A stretch of DNA of 64,000 bases, taken from positions 5,689-69,688 of the forward strand of contig JAPLVK010000022.1 in the NCBI GenBank assembly GCA_026397175.1. The letters run 5' to 3'. Below are positions 40,150 through 49,488 of the stretch, one piece after another. Below the pieces are notes generated by a model. That model was not told where the DNA came from. It was given only the letters and a program-made list of their open reading frames with translations, and did no database searches. Source of the DNA: Candidatus Berkelbacteria bacterium (GTDB lineage Bacteria; Patescibacteriota; UBA1384; DTJR01). Positions within the stretch are counted from its first letter, which is position 1. Every line of letters begins with the position of its first letter. A program made the translations under genes and the position numbers.

Positions 40150-40361
40150 ATCATTTATTTTTTAAATTCAATAGTTTGCTCTTGCAAATGACAATAAAAC
40201 CTCTAACATAAAATGTGTTCGCGTTAGATAAATAGTAAGTTTAACAAGCAAATAATGCCCCACACTATGTCTTACTGCAAAACGGATTACATCCTGTTAT
40301 TGCAGTGCGACAAGTGAGGGGCTTTCGGGTCAGCAGTAACTGACTCGAAGCGGAGGAAAAA

Positions 40362-41609
40362 ATGGCATATGAAGAGATAAGAAAGTTGATCGAGAAAACA
40401 GGAAAAGATCTTGGACTAAAAGAAAGTATTATTGAAGAAATTTCCGAGCCCAAGAGGGTTGTTGATGTTTATTTTCCGGTTCAAATGGACTCCAAAGATA
40501 TAAAGATCTTTCACGGCATAAGAGTTCAGCACAACAATGCGCGGGGCCCATTTAAAGGCGGTATCAGATATCATCATGAAGTGAATATGGAAGAGGTTAA
40601 GATTTTGGCAGCTCTTATGAGTTTGAAGACGGCTGTTATTGATATCCCGTTTGGCGGAGGAAAAGGCGGTGTTGCAGTTGATGTTAAAGACCTTTCAAAA
40701 AATGAATTGAAGCGACTAACGCAGGGTTTTGCAAAAGCAATTTATGATGTAATTGGGGAGCAGAAAGATGTCCCCGCTCCTGACATCAACACAAATCCTG
40801 AAATTATGAAATGGTTTCTGGAAGAATATGAAAAAATAATCGGTAAAAAAGAGCCCGGGGTTATTACGGGCAAAGCGCTTAAAGACGGCGGGATCAAAGT
40901 CAGAGATGAGGCAACGGGCTTAGGCGGCGCAGCGGTAGTCCAAGAAATTGCAAAAATTTTGAAGAAAAAGCCCGAGCAAATAACGGTGGCCATACAGGGC
41001 TTTGGAAATGTGGGATCTCATCTTGCCCATCATTTACAACATATGGGTTTTAAGGTGATTGCGATCGCCGATATTGACGGCGGTTTTATGCATGAGGATG
41101 GACTGGACTACCACAAGACATATAAGGCCATAAAAAGTGGGCGAAAAATTATTGATCAGTGTTTTTGTCAAGTTCATGGAAAATCAAATGATTGTTGCGT
41201 AATTTCAGCCAAAGATGTTTTGGAAAGAAAATGCGACATTTTGATTCCGGCGGCAATCGGGGAACAAATAACTACCAAGAACGCCAAAAATATCAAAGCC
41301 AAAATTATAGTTGAACTCGCCAATCATCCGATCAAAGACGAGGCGGAGCAAGTCCTGAAGAAAAACAATATCTTGATCGTGCCGGACATTCTAGCCAATG
41401 CCGGAGGTGTTTTGGCCAGTTATTTTGAATGGAGGGAAAATGTTGAGGGAGTCAAAATGAGCTACGACGAGGCCAAAGAAAAGCTGATTGATAAAATGCG
41501 TTTGGCTACCCGCAAAGTTCTTGCTTTATCAAAATTGAAAAAAATCTCAATGCGCGAAGCTGCGTATCAAATTGCCATATCTCGAATTGCCCTGAAGCTC
41601 AAAAAATAA
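40362..41609 (+). CDS. gdhA: Glutamate dehydrogenase (Glu/Leu/Phe/Val family)
   Basis: RGPFKGGIRY, PFGGGKGG, DVPAPD, ITGK, QGFGNVG, ANAGGV..SYFEW. Confidence 0.9.
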   Translation: MAYEEIRKLIEKTGKDLGLKESIIEEISEPKRVVDVYFPVQMDSKDIKIFHGIRVQHNNARGPFKGGIRYHHEVNMEEVKILAALMSLKTAVIDIPFGGGKGGVAVDVKDLSKNELKRLTQGFAKAIYDVIGEQKDVPAPDINTNPEIMKWFLEEYEKIIGKKEPGVITGKALKDGGIKVRDEATGLGGAAVVQEIAKILKKKPEQITVAIQGFGNVGSHLAHHLQHMGFKVIAIADIDGGFMHEDGLDYHKTYKAIKSGRKIIDQCFCQVHGKSNDCCVISAKDVLERKCDILIPAAIGEQITTKNAKNIKAKIIVELANHPIKDEAEQVLKKNNILIVPDILANAGGVLASYFEWRENVEGVKMSYDEAKEKLIDKMRLATRKVLALSKLKKISMREAAYQIAISRIALKLKK

Positions 41610-41637
41610 GCTATAATAAGAGTTAATAAGGAGGGTA

Positions 41638-42927
41638 GTGCGTTTTTTTCTGGCTAGGTTTAAAAATCTAGAAGGATTGAAGCCAAAATTAGCCAACCCG
41701 CATCTGTTTAATTTTGGGTTTCTTTTGATGATTATGGGGCCGGGAATTATAACGGGTGTTATTGACAGCGATAGCGGCTCTATCGCTACTTATTCATCCG
41801 TTGGCGCTTCATATGGTTATGCCTTACTTTGGGTTATCGTTCTGACAACAATTCCCCTTGCGATTATCCAAGAAATGACCACAAGAATGGGGGCAGTAAC
41901 CGGTCGCGGACTCGCTTCTTTAATTCGCGAAAACTTCGGGATTAGAATAACTTTTTATAGCTTAATTGCACTGGTTCTGGTAAATATTGCAAACATCGTT
42001 GCCGACTTTGCGGGAATCGCAGCCGGCGGAGAAATATTTGGAATTTCCAGATTCATTTTGCTTCCAACGGCAGTGATCGTAATTTTGTATTTGGTTTTGG
42101 CAAAAAATTATAGGAAAATTGAAAAAATATTGCTGATTTTTTGTCTTTTTTACATTGCTTATATTGTGGCCGGAATATTGGCACATCCCAATTGGACTCA
42201 AGCGCTTCATGGAGTCATTTTACCATCAATTAACCTTAAGGATTCAATTGTCATAACCGCAGTCCTTGCTTTAATTGGCACAACGATTGCGCCTTGGATG
42301 CCGTTTTATCAGCAGTCCGCGGTCGCAGAAAAAAAGATTGCACTTTCGAACTATAAATATGAGCGCATTGATACTTATACCGGATCAGTCATGACGCAGG
42401 CCATCGCCTTTTTTATCGTTTTAGCAACCGCCGCGACACTTTTTAAAAATGGTATTGTGGTAAATTCGGCTTCCGATGCGGCTAACGCCCTGGTTCCTTT
42501 AGTCGGAAAATTTGCTGGAGCTTTATTTGCGCTTGGAATTATAAATGCAGGGTTTACAGCTGCAATCGTTTTGCCGACATCAACCGCATATTCTTTAGCT
42601 GAAGGATTTGGCTGGAATTCAGGAATGAACAAAAAATTCAAAGAGGCACCACGATTTTATGCAATTTTAATCGGAACAGTGATCGTTAGCGCTATTACTG
42701 TTTTATTTCTAAAAGTTAATCTGATAAAAATAATGATTTTTTCCCAAGCCATCAACGGATTTTTGCTTCCGGTCATTTTGATTTTAATGTTAACGATTGC
42801 CAATAATAAAAAAATTATGGGAAAACATGTAAATACAAGAGTGCAAAATATCATTGGCATCTTAACGATATGCGCGCTCGTGCTGCTTACAATATCTTTA
42901 ATTTACTTTGCAATATTTGGAAAATAA
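41638..42927 (+). CDS. Nramp-family divalent metal transporter (Mg-type subgroup likely)
   Basis: GPGIITG, ATYS..GA.YGY.LLW, QEM..RMG.VTGRGL, GTTIAPW; lacks canonical DPGN. Confidence 0.85.
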   Translation: MRFFLARFKNLEGLKPKLANPHLFNFGFLLMIMGPGIITGVIDSDSGSIATYSSVGASYGYALLWVIVLTTIPLAIIQEMTTRMGAVTGRGLASLIRENFGIRITFYSLIALVLVNIANIVADFAGIAAGGEIFGISRFILLPTAVIVILYLVLAKNYRKIEKILLIFCLFYIAYIVAGILAHPNWTQALHGVILPSINLKDSIVITAVLALIGTTIAPWMPFYQQSAVAEKKIALSNYKYERIDTYTGSVMTQAIAFFIVLATAATLFKNGIVVNSASDAANALVPLVGKFAGALFALGIINAGFTAAIVLPTSTAYSLAEGFGWNSGMNKKFKEAPRFYAILIGTVIVSAITVLFLKVNLIKIMIFSQAINGFLLPVILILMLTIANNKKIMGKHVNTRVQNIIGILTICALVLLTISLIYFAIFGK

Positions 42928-42939
42928 AAAGGGGTTAAA

Positions 42940-43638
42940 ATGAGATTTACCGAAAACATCGTTGGGATGAAAGTCATGTCGAATAAGAAGGAATTGATCG
43001 GAACAATTTCTGATCTTGTGATCTCCATACAAAGTAAATATCCGATCGTGCATGCGGTTGCTATCAAATTTAAAGAAATTCAATATATCGACAAAACACT
43101 TCTTATTGAACCCGCAAAAAATATCAAGTTGATTGTTCCTTGGGAGGAAATTAACTTTAAGGATAAACGGCTGTATTTAAAATCGGATGAAGCAGACCTA
43201 CAGGCGCAATATCTGACCGATGACGAAATATTAGTCGGTAAAAATGTTATTGATAGCATTATTACAAACGCCAAGGGAAATTCAATCGGACGAGTTAACG
43301 ATGCGGTGATCTTTGAGAGAAACGGAAAATTTGAACTTTTTGGGCTTGGAGTTGGAATTATCGGGATTGTCGCAAAACTCGGCCTCGAGATTCCTCTTGA
43401 GGTTATTGATAAGGGTTTTGGCAGAAGTTTTGCCGAAACAGTTATTGATTGGAAATATGTCAAGAAATATCATCCAAACAAAAATGAAATTGTTCTTTCG
43501 GTTGGAGAAGAATTAAAAGCAGAAAAAACAATTAATTGGAGTGAATCCAAAAAAATTGACCAAAAACAAGAACCAAAAACCCCAATCATTTTAATCCCAT
43601 GGGTTCAAATAGAAAAAATATTTAAAAAGAGAAAGTAA
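42940..43638 (+). CDS. PRC-barrel protein (resembles the MgtE-associated N-terminal region)
   Basis: Two PRC-like repeats (IGTISDLVI...VPWEEI; IGRVNDAV...IDWKYV). Confidence 0.65.
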   Translation: MRFTENIVGMKVMSNKKELIGTISDLVISIQSKYPIVHAVAIKFKEIQYIDKTLLIEPAKNIKLIVPWEEINFKDKRLYLKSDEADLQAQYLTDDEILVGKNVIDSIITNAKGNSIGRVNDAVIFERNGKFELFGLGVGIIGIVAKLGLEIPLEVIDKGFGRSFAETVIDWKYVKKYHPNKNEIVLSVGEELKAEKTINWSESKKIDQKQEPKTPIILIPWVQIEKIFKKRK

Positions 43639-43649
43639 AACGACTAAAT

Positions 43650-43817
43650 TTATGAGTGCTTTTGTGAGTTTGATATTGCGAAAGAAATAACGCCAAGAAC
43701 AATTTCGGCAATCGCAATCCACTGCACTTCGTTTGCCCAAGTCCAGTTTGGAATCAAACCGGCAATTCCCCTAATTATAATAACTACTGCCAGAATACTT
43801 AAGGTCGTCTTAACCAT
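43650..43817 (-). CDS. Small two-TM membrane protein (55 aa)
   Basis: RBS GGAGG; MVKTTLSILAVVIIIRGIAGLIPNWTWANEVQWIAIAEIVLGVISFAISNSQKHS. Confidence 0.6.
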   Translation of the reverse strand: MVKTTLSILAVVIIIRGIAGLIPNWTWANEVQWIAIAEIVLGVISFAISNSQKHS

Positions 43818-43832
43818 TTTGCCTCCTATTTT

Positions 43833-44376
43833 TTATTTGAGTTTAAACGATTTTATAGTATCCGCCAACTCTTTGTCTGTAAAGCCCTGCAAATCGGATG
43901 GCGGTTCATTCCATGTTTTATAAGAAAAGACATAATCGCTATTGCTGGTGATTTTCACCGATTTTTCGTTATCGGAAAGCGCATTAAAAACCGATGATTT
44001 ATAGACAAAAATAGATATGGGTGTTGCGATTTTATTCTCGTATTTTGTGTCGGTAGTCGCCAGATTAAAATCAATCTTCACTTCGAACGATCCGTTCGTA
44101 AGGTTTTCGACTAATTTATAATTTTTCCAAATATCCGAAAATGATATCTCGAAACCGTATTTTGAATTTGTGTACTTTGGCCAGATAGCCGCGACTTGGG
44201 TGGCCGATGACACGCCACTTGATTCAATCGATGAAGAGTTGGAGACGGTCTGGGACGCTGTAGCTGGAGAATTGTTTGTATCTTTTTTAATTTTTTTGGC
44301 ATAGAACAGCGAGCCAACAGCAATAATAATGGCTAGAATAAGCAATATCAGTGCAATACGATTTTTTGTTTTCATT
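43833..44376 (-). CDS. Membrane-anchored hypothetical protein
   Basis: TM helix, Ser-rich linker, WPKYTNSKYGFEISF motif. Confidence 0.65.
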
Positions 44377-44456
44377 TTCCCCTTCTTTTTAACTATATTA
44401 CCACATATTTGTAAAATGGCCCCACCCAAAGCAGGACCACTCTACAAATTGAAGCT

Positions 44457-44819
44457 TTACATCCCCTTGTATTCCCATTTGATACTATCTGACGATTTTG
44501 TCTGATATTTATCGGCGGCAACACTAGGTTGAGCACCGTTAACCGAATACAACCAGAAGTCCTTATCGGTTGACTTCAGGTCGTCTATGCTATTTACCAT
44601 AACTCCAAGAGAACTATCTTGGGACTCAACCTGATGATTTGCTTTGAGAATATCGAAGGCCGTTTTCCCCTCTTCGCCTTGATACTCAATCGTTTTTTGC
44701 TCTATAGCAACAGCCGTTGGGTTTGTTGCGGCCTTTTTGTTGAAAGCGCAACCCGTTAATAACCCACCAAAAACAAGAACTGATACAAAGACAATTAATA
44801 CATTTTTCTTAAAATTCAT
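44457..44819 (-). CDS. DUF4430 / transcobalamin-C-like lipoprotein
   Basis: Lipobox LTGC; TAFDIL, GVMVNSI, FWLYSVNG...VAAD. Confidence 0.85.
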   Translation of the reverse strand: MNFKKNVLIVFVSVLVFGGLLTGCAFNKKAATNPTAVAIEQKTIEYQGEEGKTAFDILKANHQVESQDSSLGVMVNSIDDLKSTDKDFWLYSVNGAQPSVAADKYQTKSSDSIKWEYKGM

Positions 44820-44913
44820 GATACTCCTCTGCTAATTATATTTTACCGAGATCTTTTCCGACAAGACAAATTTAATTTTTATGAGTAAGGCATTTTTCCT
44901 CCTCGGGATAAAG

Positions 44914-44984
44914 AACATGTTGGTTTTCCGACTTTACGGTAGCGGGACTGTGACGGTATTAAACCGCGCTTGCCCAAACATGTT
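44914..44984 (-). promoter_or_regulatory. Minimal cobalamin riboswitch
   Basis: AACATGTT-TGGGCAAG...CGGTTTAATACCG...CAGTCCCGCTACCGT-AAAGTCGGAAAACC-AACATGTT fits the B12-element core; lies upstream of DUF4430. Confidence 0.75.
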
Positions 44985-45247
44985 GATTAGTTTGTATTTA
45001 CTACTTAAACAACAATAATCATAATTGTCAAACAGAGATCCTAACTCAAAGTTATACAGATTACAAAATGTTACATAACTTTTAATTAACTTACTTAACT
45101 TTGTTCGGGTACCTAATAAAACTTATATATTTTTGTTCTCTCACTCATCCACAGGGTAAATTCTGGCCTGTGGAAAAGATGTGGATATAATTGTAAATTA
45201 AAAAATATAAAGTTATATAGGACTTTGCTTTTTTATAAAATCCGCTC

Positions 45248-45289
45248 AAAATAAAATCTGCCCCGCTTACGCAAGGCAGATTTTATTTT
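45248..45289. terminator. Terminator after the RRM gene
   Basis: AAAATAAAATCTGCC...GGCAGATTTTATTTT. Confidence 0.7.
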
Positions 45290-45304
45290 TTTGTCTAGTT
45301 TGGC

Positions 45305-45613
45305 TTAGCGATACGATCTATCGAAGTTACCGCCGCGGTCAGACCTTTTTTCTTGAGGTCTAGCTACGCTGACCGTCAGGGGTCTACCTTCAATTTCCTT
45401 ACCATTCATCGCCTCAATGGCCTTGTTGGCCATTTCTTCGCTTTCAACAGTGACAAAACCAAATCCCTTTGATCTGCCTGTGTTGAATTTGTCGGTGATG
45501 ACTTTCGCCTCGACAACAGTTACGCCTTCAACCTCTTTGAAGAGGGCTTCGAGCGCAGCATCGTCGACCGTGTAAGGAAGATTGCCCACATAGAGCTTAT
45601 TTTTATCTTCCAT
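45305..45613 (-). CDS. RRM-domain RNA-binding protein
   Basis: RNP2 LYVGNL, RNP1 KGFGFV. Confidence 0.93.
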   Translation of the reverse strand: MEDKNKLYVGNLPYTVDDAALEALFKEVEGVTVVEAKVITDKFNTGRSKGFGFVTVESEEMANKAIEAMNGKEIEGRPLTVSVARPQEKRSDRGGNFDRSYR

Positions 45614-45755
45614 CTATCTAATTCCTTAAACACATTAACTTTCGACCTAATTTCAATTTTTTACAATCGAGTTCATAAATTCAAAACTTATCAACACGAT
45701 TAAATAATTGTACCCCAAATCACTAAAAATGTCAATATCAACAAAAAATCTGGGC

Positions 45756-46283
45756 CTAAATTACCTTTGCAAGTATAAATACATCATGCGTCTTGCCCTT
45801 CTTTATGACATCTTTTTTTAAAATTCCTTCACATAAAAAACCATTTTTCTCCAAGACATGGCGAGAAGTCGGGTTTTGGATAAAAACCTTGGCCTCAACT
45901 CTTTGTAATTTCAATTTTTTAAACCCAAAATCCACAACCAGCTGGATTACTTTACTCATTATGCCCTGATTCCAGAAATCACGGGATAACCAATAGCCCA
46001 CCTCTGCTTTATGACCAGGTACTACTTGGCTCAATCCGATTGAACCTATAACTTGGGACTCTTTATCAATTGCAAACGAGTAGACCTGTCTTTTAGGATC
46101 TTTTTCTTCCTTCGCCTTTGTGTCAATCCACTTTTTTGCATCGCTAATCGTATATGGATAAGGAACTCGTGACATATTCTTCGAAATTTCTGGGTTGTTT
46201 AGGTTTTTCGCCAAAGAAAGAACATCCTCTTTTCGAAAAGGTCTTAAGATAAAATGTTCTGATTTTATTACAGGTGTTTTCAT
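45756..46283 (-). CDS. GNAT acetyltransferase (RimJ/RimL family)
   Basis: LRPF, EVGYWL..FWNQGIM, NPTSRHVLEKNGF.EG. Confidence 0.88.
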   Translation of the reverse strand: MKTPVIKSEHFILRPFRKEDVLSLAKNLNNPEISKNMSRVPYPYTISDAKKWIDTKAKEEKDPKRQVYSFAIDKESQVIGSIGLSQVVPGHKAEVGYWLSRDFWNQGIMSKVIQLVVDFGFKKLKLQRVEAKVFIQNPTSRHVLEKNGFLCEGILKKDVIKKGKTHDVFILAKVI

Positions 46284-46288
46284 ATCCT

Positions 46289-47371
46289 CTATTCTTCCGA
46301 TAATTTAAATCTAAAAATTGAGATTGCTAGACAAACTAAAATCCATATCGAAACAATGACAATATTGACGGGATTGGCAAATGGCGAAGTACCATCGTTT
46401 GTAACCGCACGAAGCATTCTTAAAAGCGGGGCTAGGGGCAGATATTGTACAATCGAGTAAAGCCATTTCGGCAAAGTGTCAATCGGGAAGAAAACGCCAG
46501 CTAAAAACATCATTGGAATAGTAATGGCAGTTGCCATGCCTTGAGCCGCATCGGTGGTTTTTGAAAAACTTGAAACCACAAACCCCATAAGCTGAAAAAG
46601 CAAACCCCCGATTAAGGCGAGACCAAAAACTACAAAAATATTCCCGTAAATATGAACATCGAAAACATATTTCCCGATTATTACGATCGTTCCCACTTGA
46701 AACAAGTTAAGAATCAATCTAGACAATACCTCTGCCACGACGAAAATATAAGAAGGAAGCGGCGTGGTGGTGATTCTTTTTAAGATTTTGTCTTCTCGAT
46801 ATTTACTCATGCCGACAGCAATCCCTATAACCGAAGAGTTCATGAGCGCCAGCCCTAGAATTCCGGCGAAAACAAAGTCGAAATAAGTCAATGTTTTGTT
46901 TGATGTCTTTTCTTCAGAAATCTGAAAGATCGGCTTAGCGTTTTGAATCTGATAATTAGCTTGAGTCAAAAATTGGTTAACAAAACTGGAAATCACGGAG
47001 CTTGTTTGGGCATTAGCTTGGTCGGAAATAATGGTGATTGTTTTTGGTGCTTCTGGTGTGAGTAACCCAAAATTATTCGGTATGTAAACTATCGCAGCAA
47101 TTTTACTTTTTGCAATTTCGTCTTTAGCTACATTTACATCTTTTTCTTTTTGGATTTTAAAAATAGTGGCGTTTTGCAATGTACTGGAGAGATCTGTAGA
47201 AAGTTGAGTGTTTGAGTCATTAATTAACGCAACGGTCCCAACTGATGTGTTTTTGCCGAAGAATAACCCAAAAATAAAAGTAAATATAAGTGGAAACATA
47301 AAGGCCCAAAACAGCGCTTGCCTGTTTCTCGCCATCATCTTTAAATCAGCAATAAATAATTTTCTAAACAT
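46289..47371 (-). CDS. ABC-2 type transporter permease
   Basis: FWAFMFP, ILKRITTTPL, FLAGVFFP. Confidence 0.88.
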   Translation of the reverse strand: MFRKLFIADLKMMARNRQALFWAFMFPLIFTFIFGLFFGKNTSVGTVALINDSNTQLSTDLSSTLQNATIFKIQKEKDVNVAKDEIAKSKIAAIVYIPNNFGLLTPEAPKTITIISDQANAQTSSVISSFVNQFLTQANYQIQNAKPIFQISEEKTSNKTLTYFDFVFAGILGLALMNSSVIGIAVGMSKYREDKILKRITTTPLPSYIFVVAEVLSRLILNLFQVGTIVIIGKYVFDVHIYGNIFVVFGLALIGGLLFQLMGFVVSSFSKTTDAAQGMATAITIPMMFLAGVFFPIDTLPKWLYSIVQYLPLAPLLRMLRAVTNDGTSPFANPVNIVIVSIWILVCLAISIFRFKLSEE

Positions 47372-47372
47372 C

Positions 47373-48290
47373 TTACTCCGCAATTGTTTTTCCGGTTAAC
47401 TCTATAAATACATCCTCTAGCGTGGCTCGACCAACCGTTAATAGTTCCGGATTGAATTTTTGAACAAGATTCACGACCGTATTTAGATCTTTTTGATTTT
47501 TAAGGCGCAAGTCGAACTGATTTTCTTTGCCAAAAGTGTTCTGAACCCTGGCGCAACACTTAACAATTTTAGCAAATATTTTTTTATCAATCTTGCTGGC
47601 CACAAAATTAACCGAAAACGGTTCTTTTACATTCTCTATTAATTTATGCGTTTCTCCCATCGCCAAAATTTTTCCTTTGTCCATAATCGCAATTCGATCA
47701 CATAGTAACTCCGCCTCTTCCATATAATGCGTAGTCAGAACAACTGTTTTGCCTTTGCTTTTAATCTGCGATACAAGACCCCAAAGATTTCTTCGTGCAA
47801 TCGGGTCAAGTCCGGTTGTCGGTTCGTCCAAAAATACAATTTCGGGATCATTAACTAAACTCGCGACAATCGAAAACCTCTGCCGTTGACCCCCGGAAAG
47901 CTTGCCTACAAACTGTTTTTTCTTTTCGGAAAGATCGACCATATTTAACAAATCGTCGGGATTGACCGATTTTTTGTAAAAAGAGCAAAAAAGATTTAAT
48001 ATTTCACTTAATGTTAGAAAATGAAAATAGGCAGACGACTGGAGCTGTACGCCAATTTTTTCTTTAATCGCGTTTACACTTTTTTCAACATGATGACCCA
48101 AGACCACGATACTGCCAGATGTGCCCTTCCTTAAGCCCTCGATAATCTCAAGTGTTGTGGTTTTGCCCGCACCGTTTTCGCCTAAAAGCCCGAAAACCTC
48201 GCCCTTTTTTACTTCAAATGAAATATCATTGACAGCATTAAGTGTCCCGTATTTTTTGACTAAGTTTTTGACTTCAATGACATTTTTCAT
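47373..48290 (-). CDS. ABC transporter ATP-binding protein
   Basis: GENGAGKT, LSGGQ, FLDEPTTGLD, TTHYMEE. Confidence 0.92.
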   Translation of the reverse strand: MKNVIEVKNLVKKYGTLNAVNDISFEVKKGEVFGLLGENGAGKTTTLEIIEGLRKGTSGSIVVLGHHVEKSVNAIKEKIGVQLQSSAYFHFLTLSEILNLFCSFYKKSVNPDDLLNMVDLSEKKKQFVGKLSGGQRQRFSIVASLVNDPEIVFLDEPTTGLDPIARRNLWGLVSQIKSKGKTVVLTTHYMEEAELLCDRIAIMDKGKILAMGETHKLIENVKEPFSVNFVASKIDKKIFAKIVKCCARVQNTFGKENQFDLRLKNQKDLNTVVNLVQKFNPELLTVGRATLEDVFIELTGKTIAE

Positions 48291-48365
48291 AACTTAAATT
48301 AGTATACCAGATTTATTATTATTTTCAATGATTTACATAGTATAAAATAAGTTTATCATTATAAT

Positions 48366-49418
48366 ATGGGTGATTTTTCAACTTATTTATCATTATTTTT
48401 ATTCCTGTTTGCGGGATTGATTATTTGGATTGCCGGAATTGAACTCGCCAAGACAACAGACACGCTTGATTCCCGGTTTAAACTCGGGGACGCACTGGGT
48501 GGATTAATACTGTTGGGAATCGCGACGACTTTGCCAGAGATTGCAATTTTAATTGCGGCATCTTTATCGGGACAATACACAATTATATTGGGAAATTTAA
48601 TCGGCGGAATTTCTGTTCAGACCCTGGCCATTGTTATTTTTGATTTCACGCTCAAAGGGAAAAGACCGCTTTCGTATTTGGCCGGTTCTAAAATTCTTTG
48701 TTTTGAGGCGATTTTTGTCATCTTTATGACACTCGTGAGTATATTTGGAATGCGCTTGCCGAGAAATTTGAATTTTCACTATTTTAGTCCAATATCAGTA
48801 ATCTTAATTGTTGCCTGGGTTGGCGGACTTTACCTTCTGAACCGCGCCAGAAAACGCTCCGAGTTATATCAAGCGGAAAAAGATGCGCAGCCGGGAAGAA
48901 TGCACCACGAAAGACGCTCACAAGAAAATCATGTTTTTTATGCCAAGAAAAAAACGAGCTATGTAATTTGGATTTTTGCGCTTGCGTCGCTTGCGACACT
49001 GATTGCCGGTGTTATGTTAGAAAAAACCGGCTCATCGGTTGCGAATCATTTTGGAATCGGAGCGGGGTTATTTGCCGGAACCATCATGGCGCTCGTTACG
49101 GCTTTGCCGGAAATCAGCACGGGAATTGAATCAATTTTAATCAAAGATAACCAACTGGCGATTTCTGATATTTTCGGCGGAAACTCTTTAATGCCGGCTC
49201 TTTTTATAGTTGCCGATCTTATATCAAAAAAACCAATTTTGCCAATATCGCAAAAATCAGATATTGTTTTTGCAGTTCTTGGCGTAGCGCTAACTTTGGT
49301 TTATGCAATTTCTCTAGTCGTTAAACCCAAAAAACGATATTTCCGCCTCGGCGCCGACTCGATCGTCGTAATTATAATTTACGCCATAGGGCTATTTGTT
49401 TTGAGCAGGATCGGCTAA
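48366..49418 (+). CDS. Na+/Ca2+ (cation:Ca) antiporter family protein
   Basis: Alpha repeats ATTLPE...GN and VTALPE...FGGN. Confidence 0.85.
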   Translation: MGDFSTYLSLFLFLFAGLIIWIAGIELAKTTDTLDSRFKLGDALGGLILLGIATTLPEIAILIAASLSGQYTIILGNLIGGISVQTLAIVIFDFTLKGKRPLSYLAGSKILCFEAIFVIFMTLVSIFGMRLPRNLNFHYFSPISVILIVAWVGGLYLLNRARKRSELYQAEKDAQPGRMHHERRSQENHVFYAKKKTSYVIWIFALASLATLIAGVMLEKTGSSVANHFGIGAGLFAGTIMALVTALPEISTGIESILIKDNQLAISDIFGGNSLMPALFIVADLISKKPILPISQKSDIVFAVLGVALTLVYAISLVVKPKKRYFRLGADSIVVIIIYAIGLFVLSRIG

Positions 49419-49488
49419 AAGTTGATCACCACTATGACACCTCGTAGGTGTCATTTAAGAGGTCGGGTTTTTATTTGTGCCAATTTTA

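Noticed and set aside
40215-40350. M-box (ykoK) riboswitch upstream of the Nramp operon
   Set aside because: Core GUUAGGUGAGGCU and GCUAAAACUC motifs not found; kept only as an unassigned leader.
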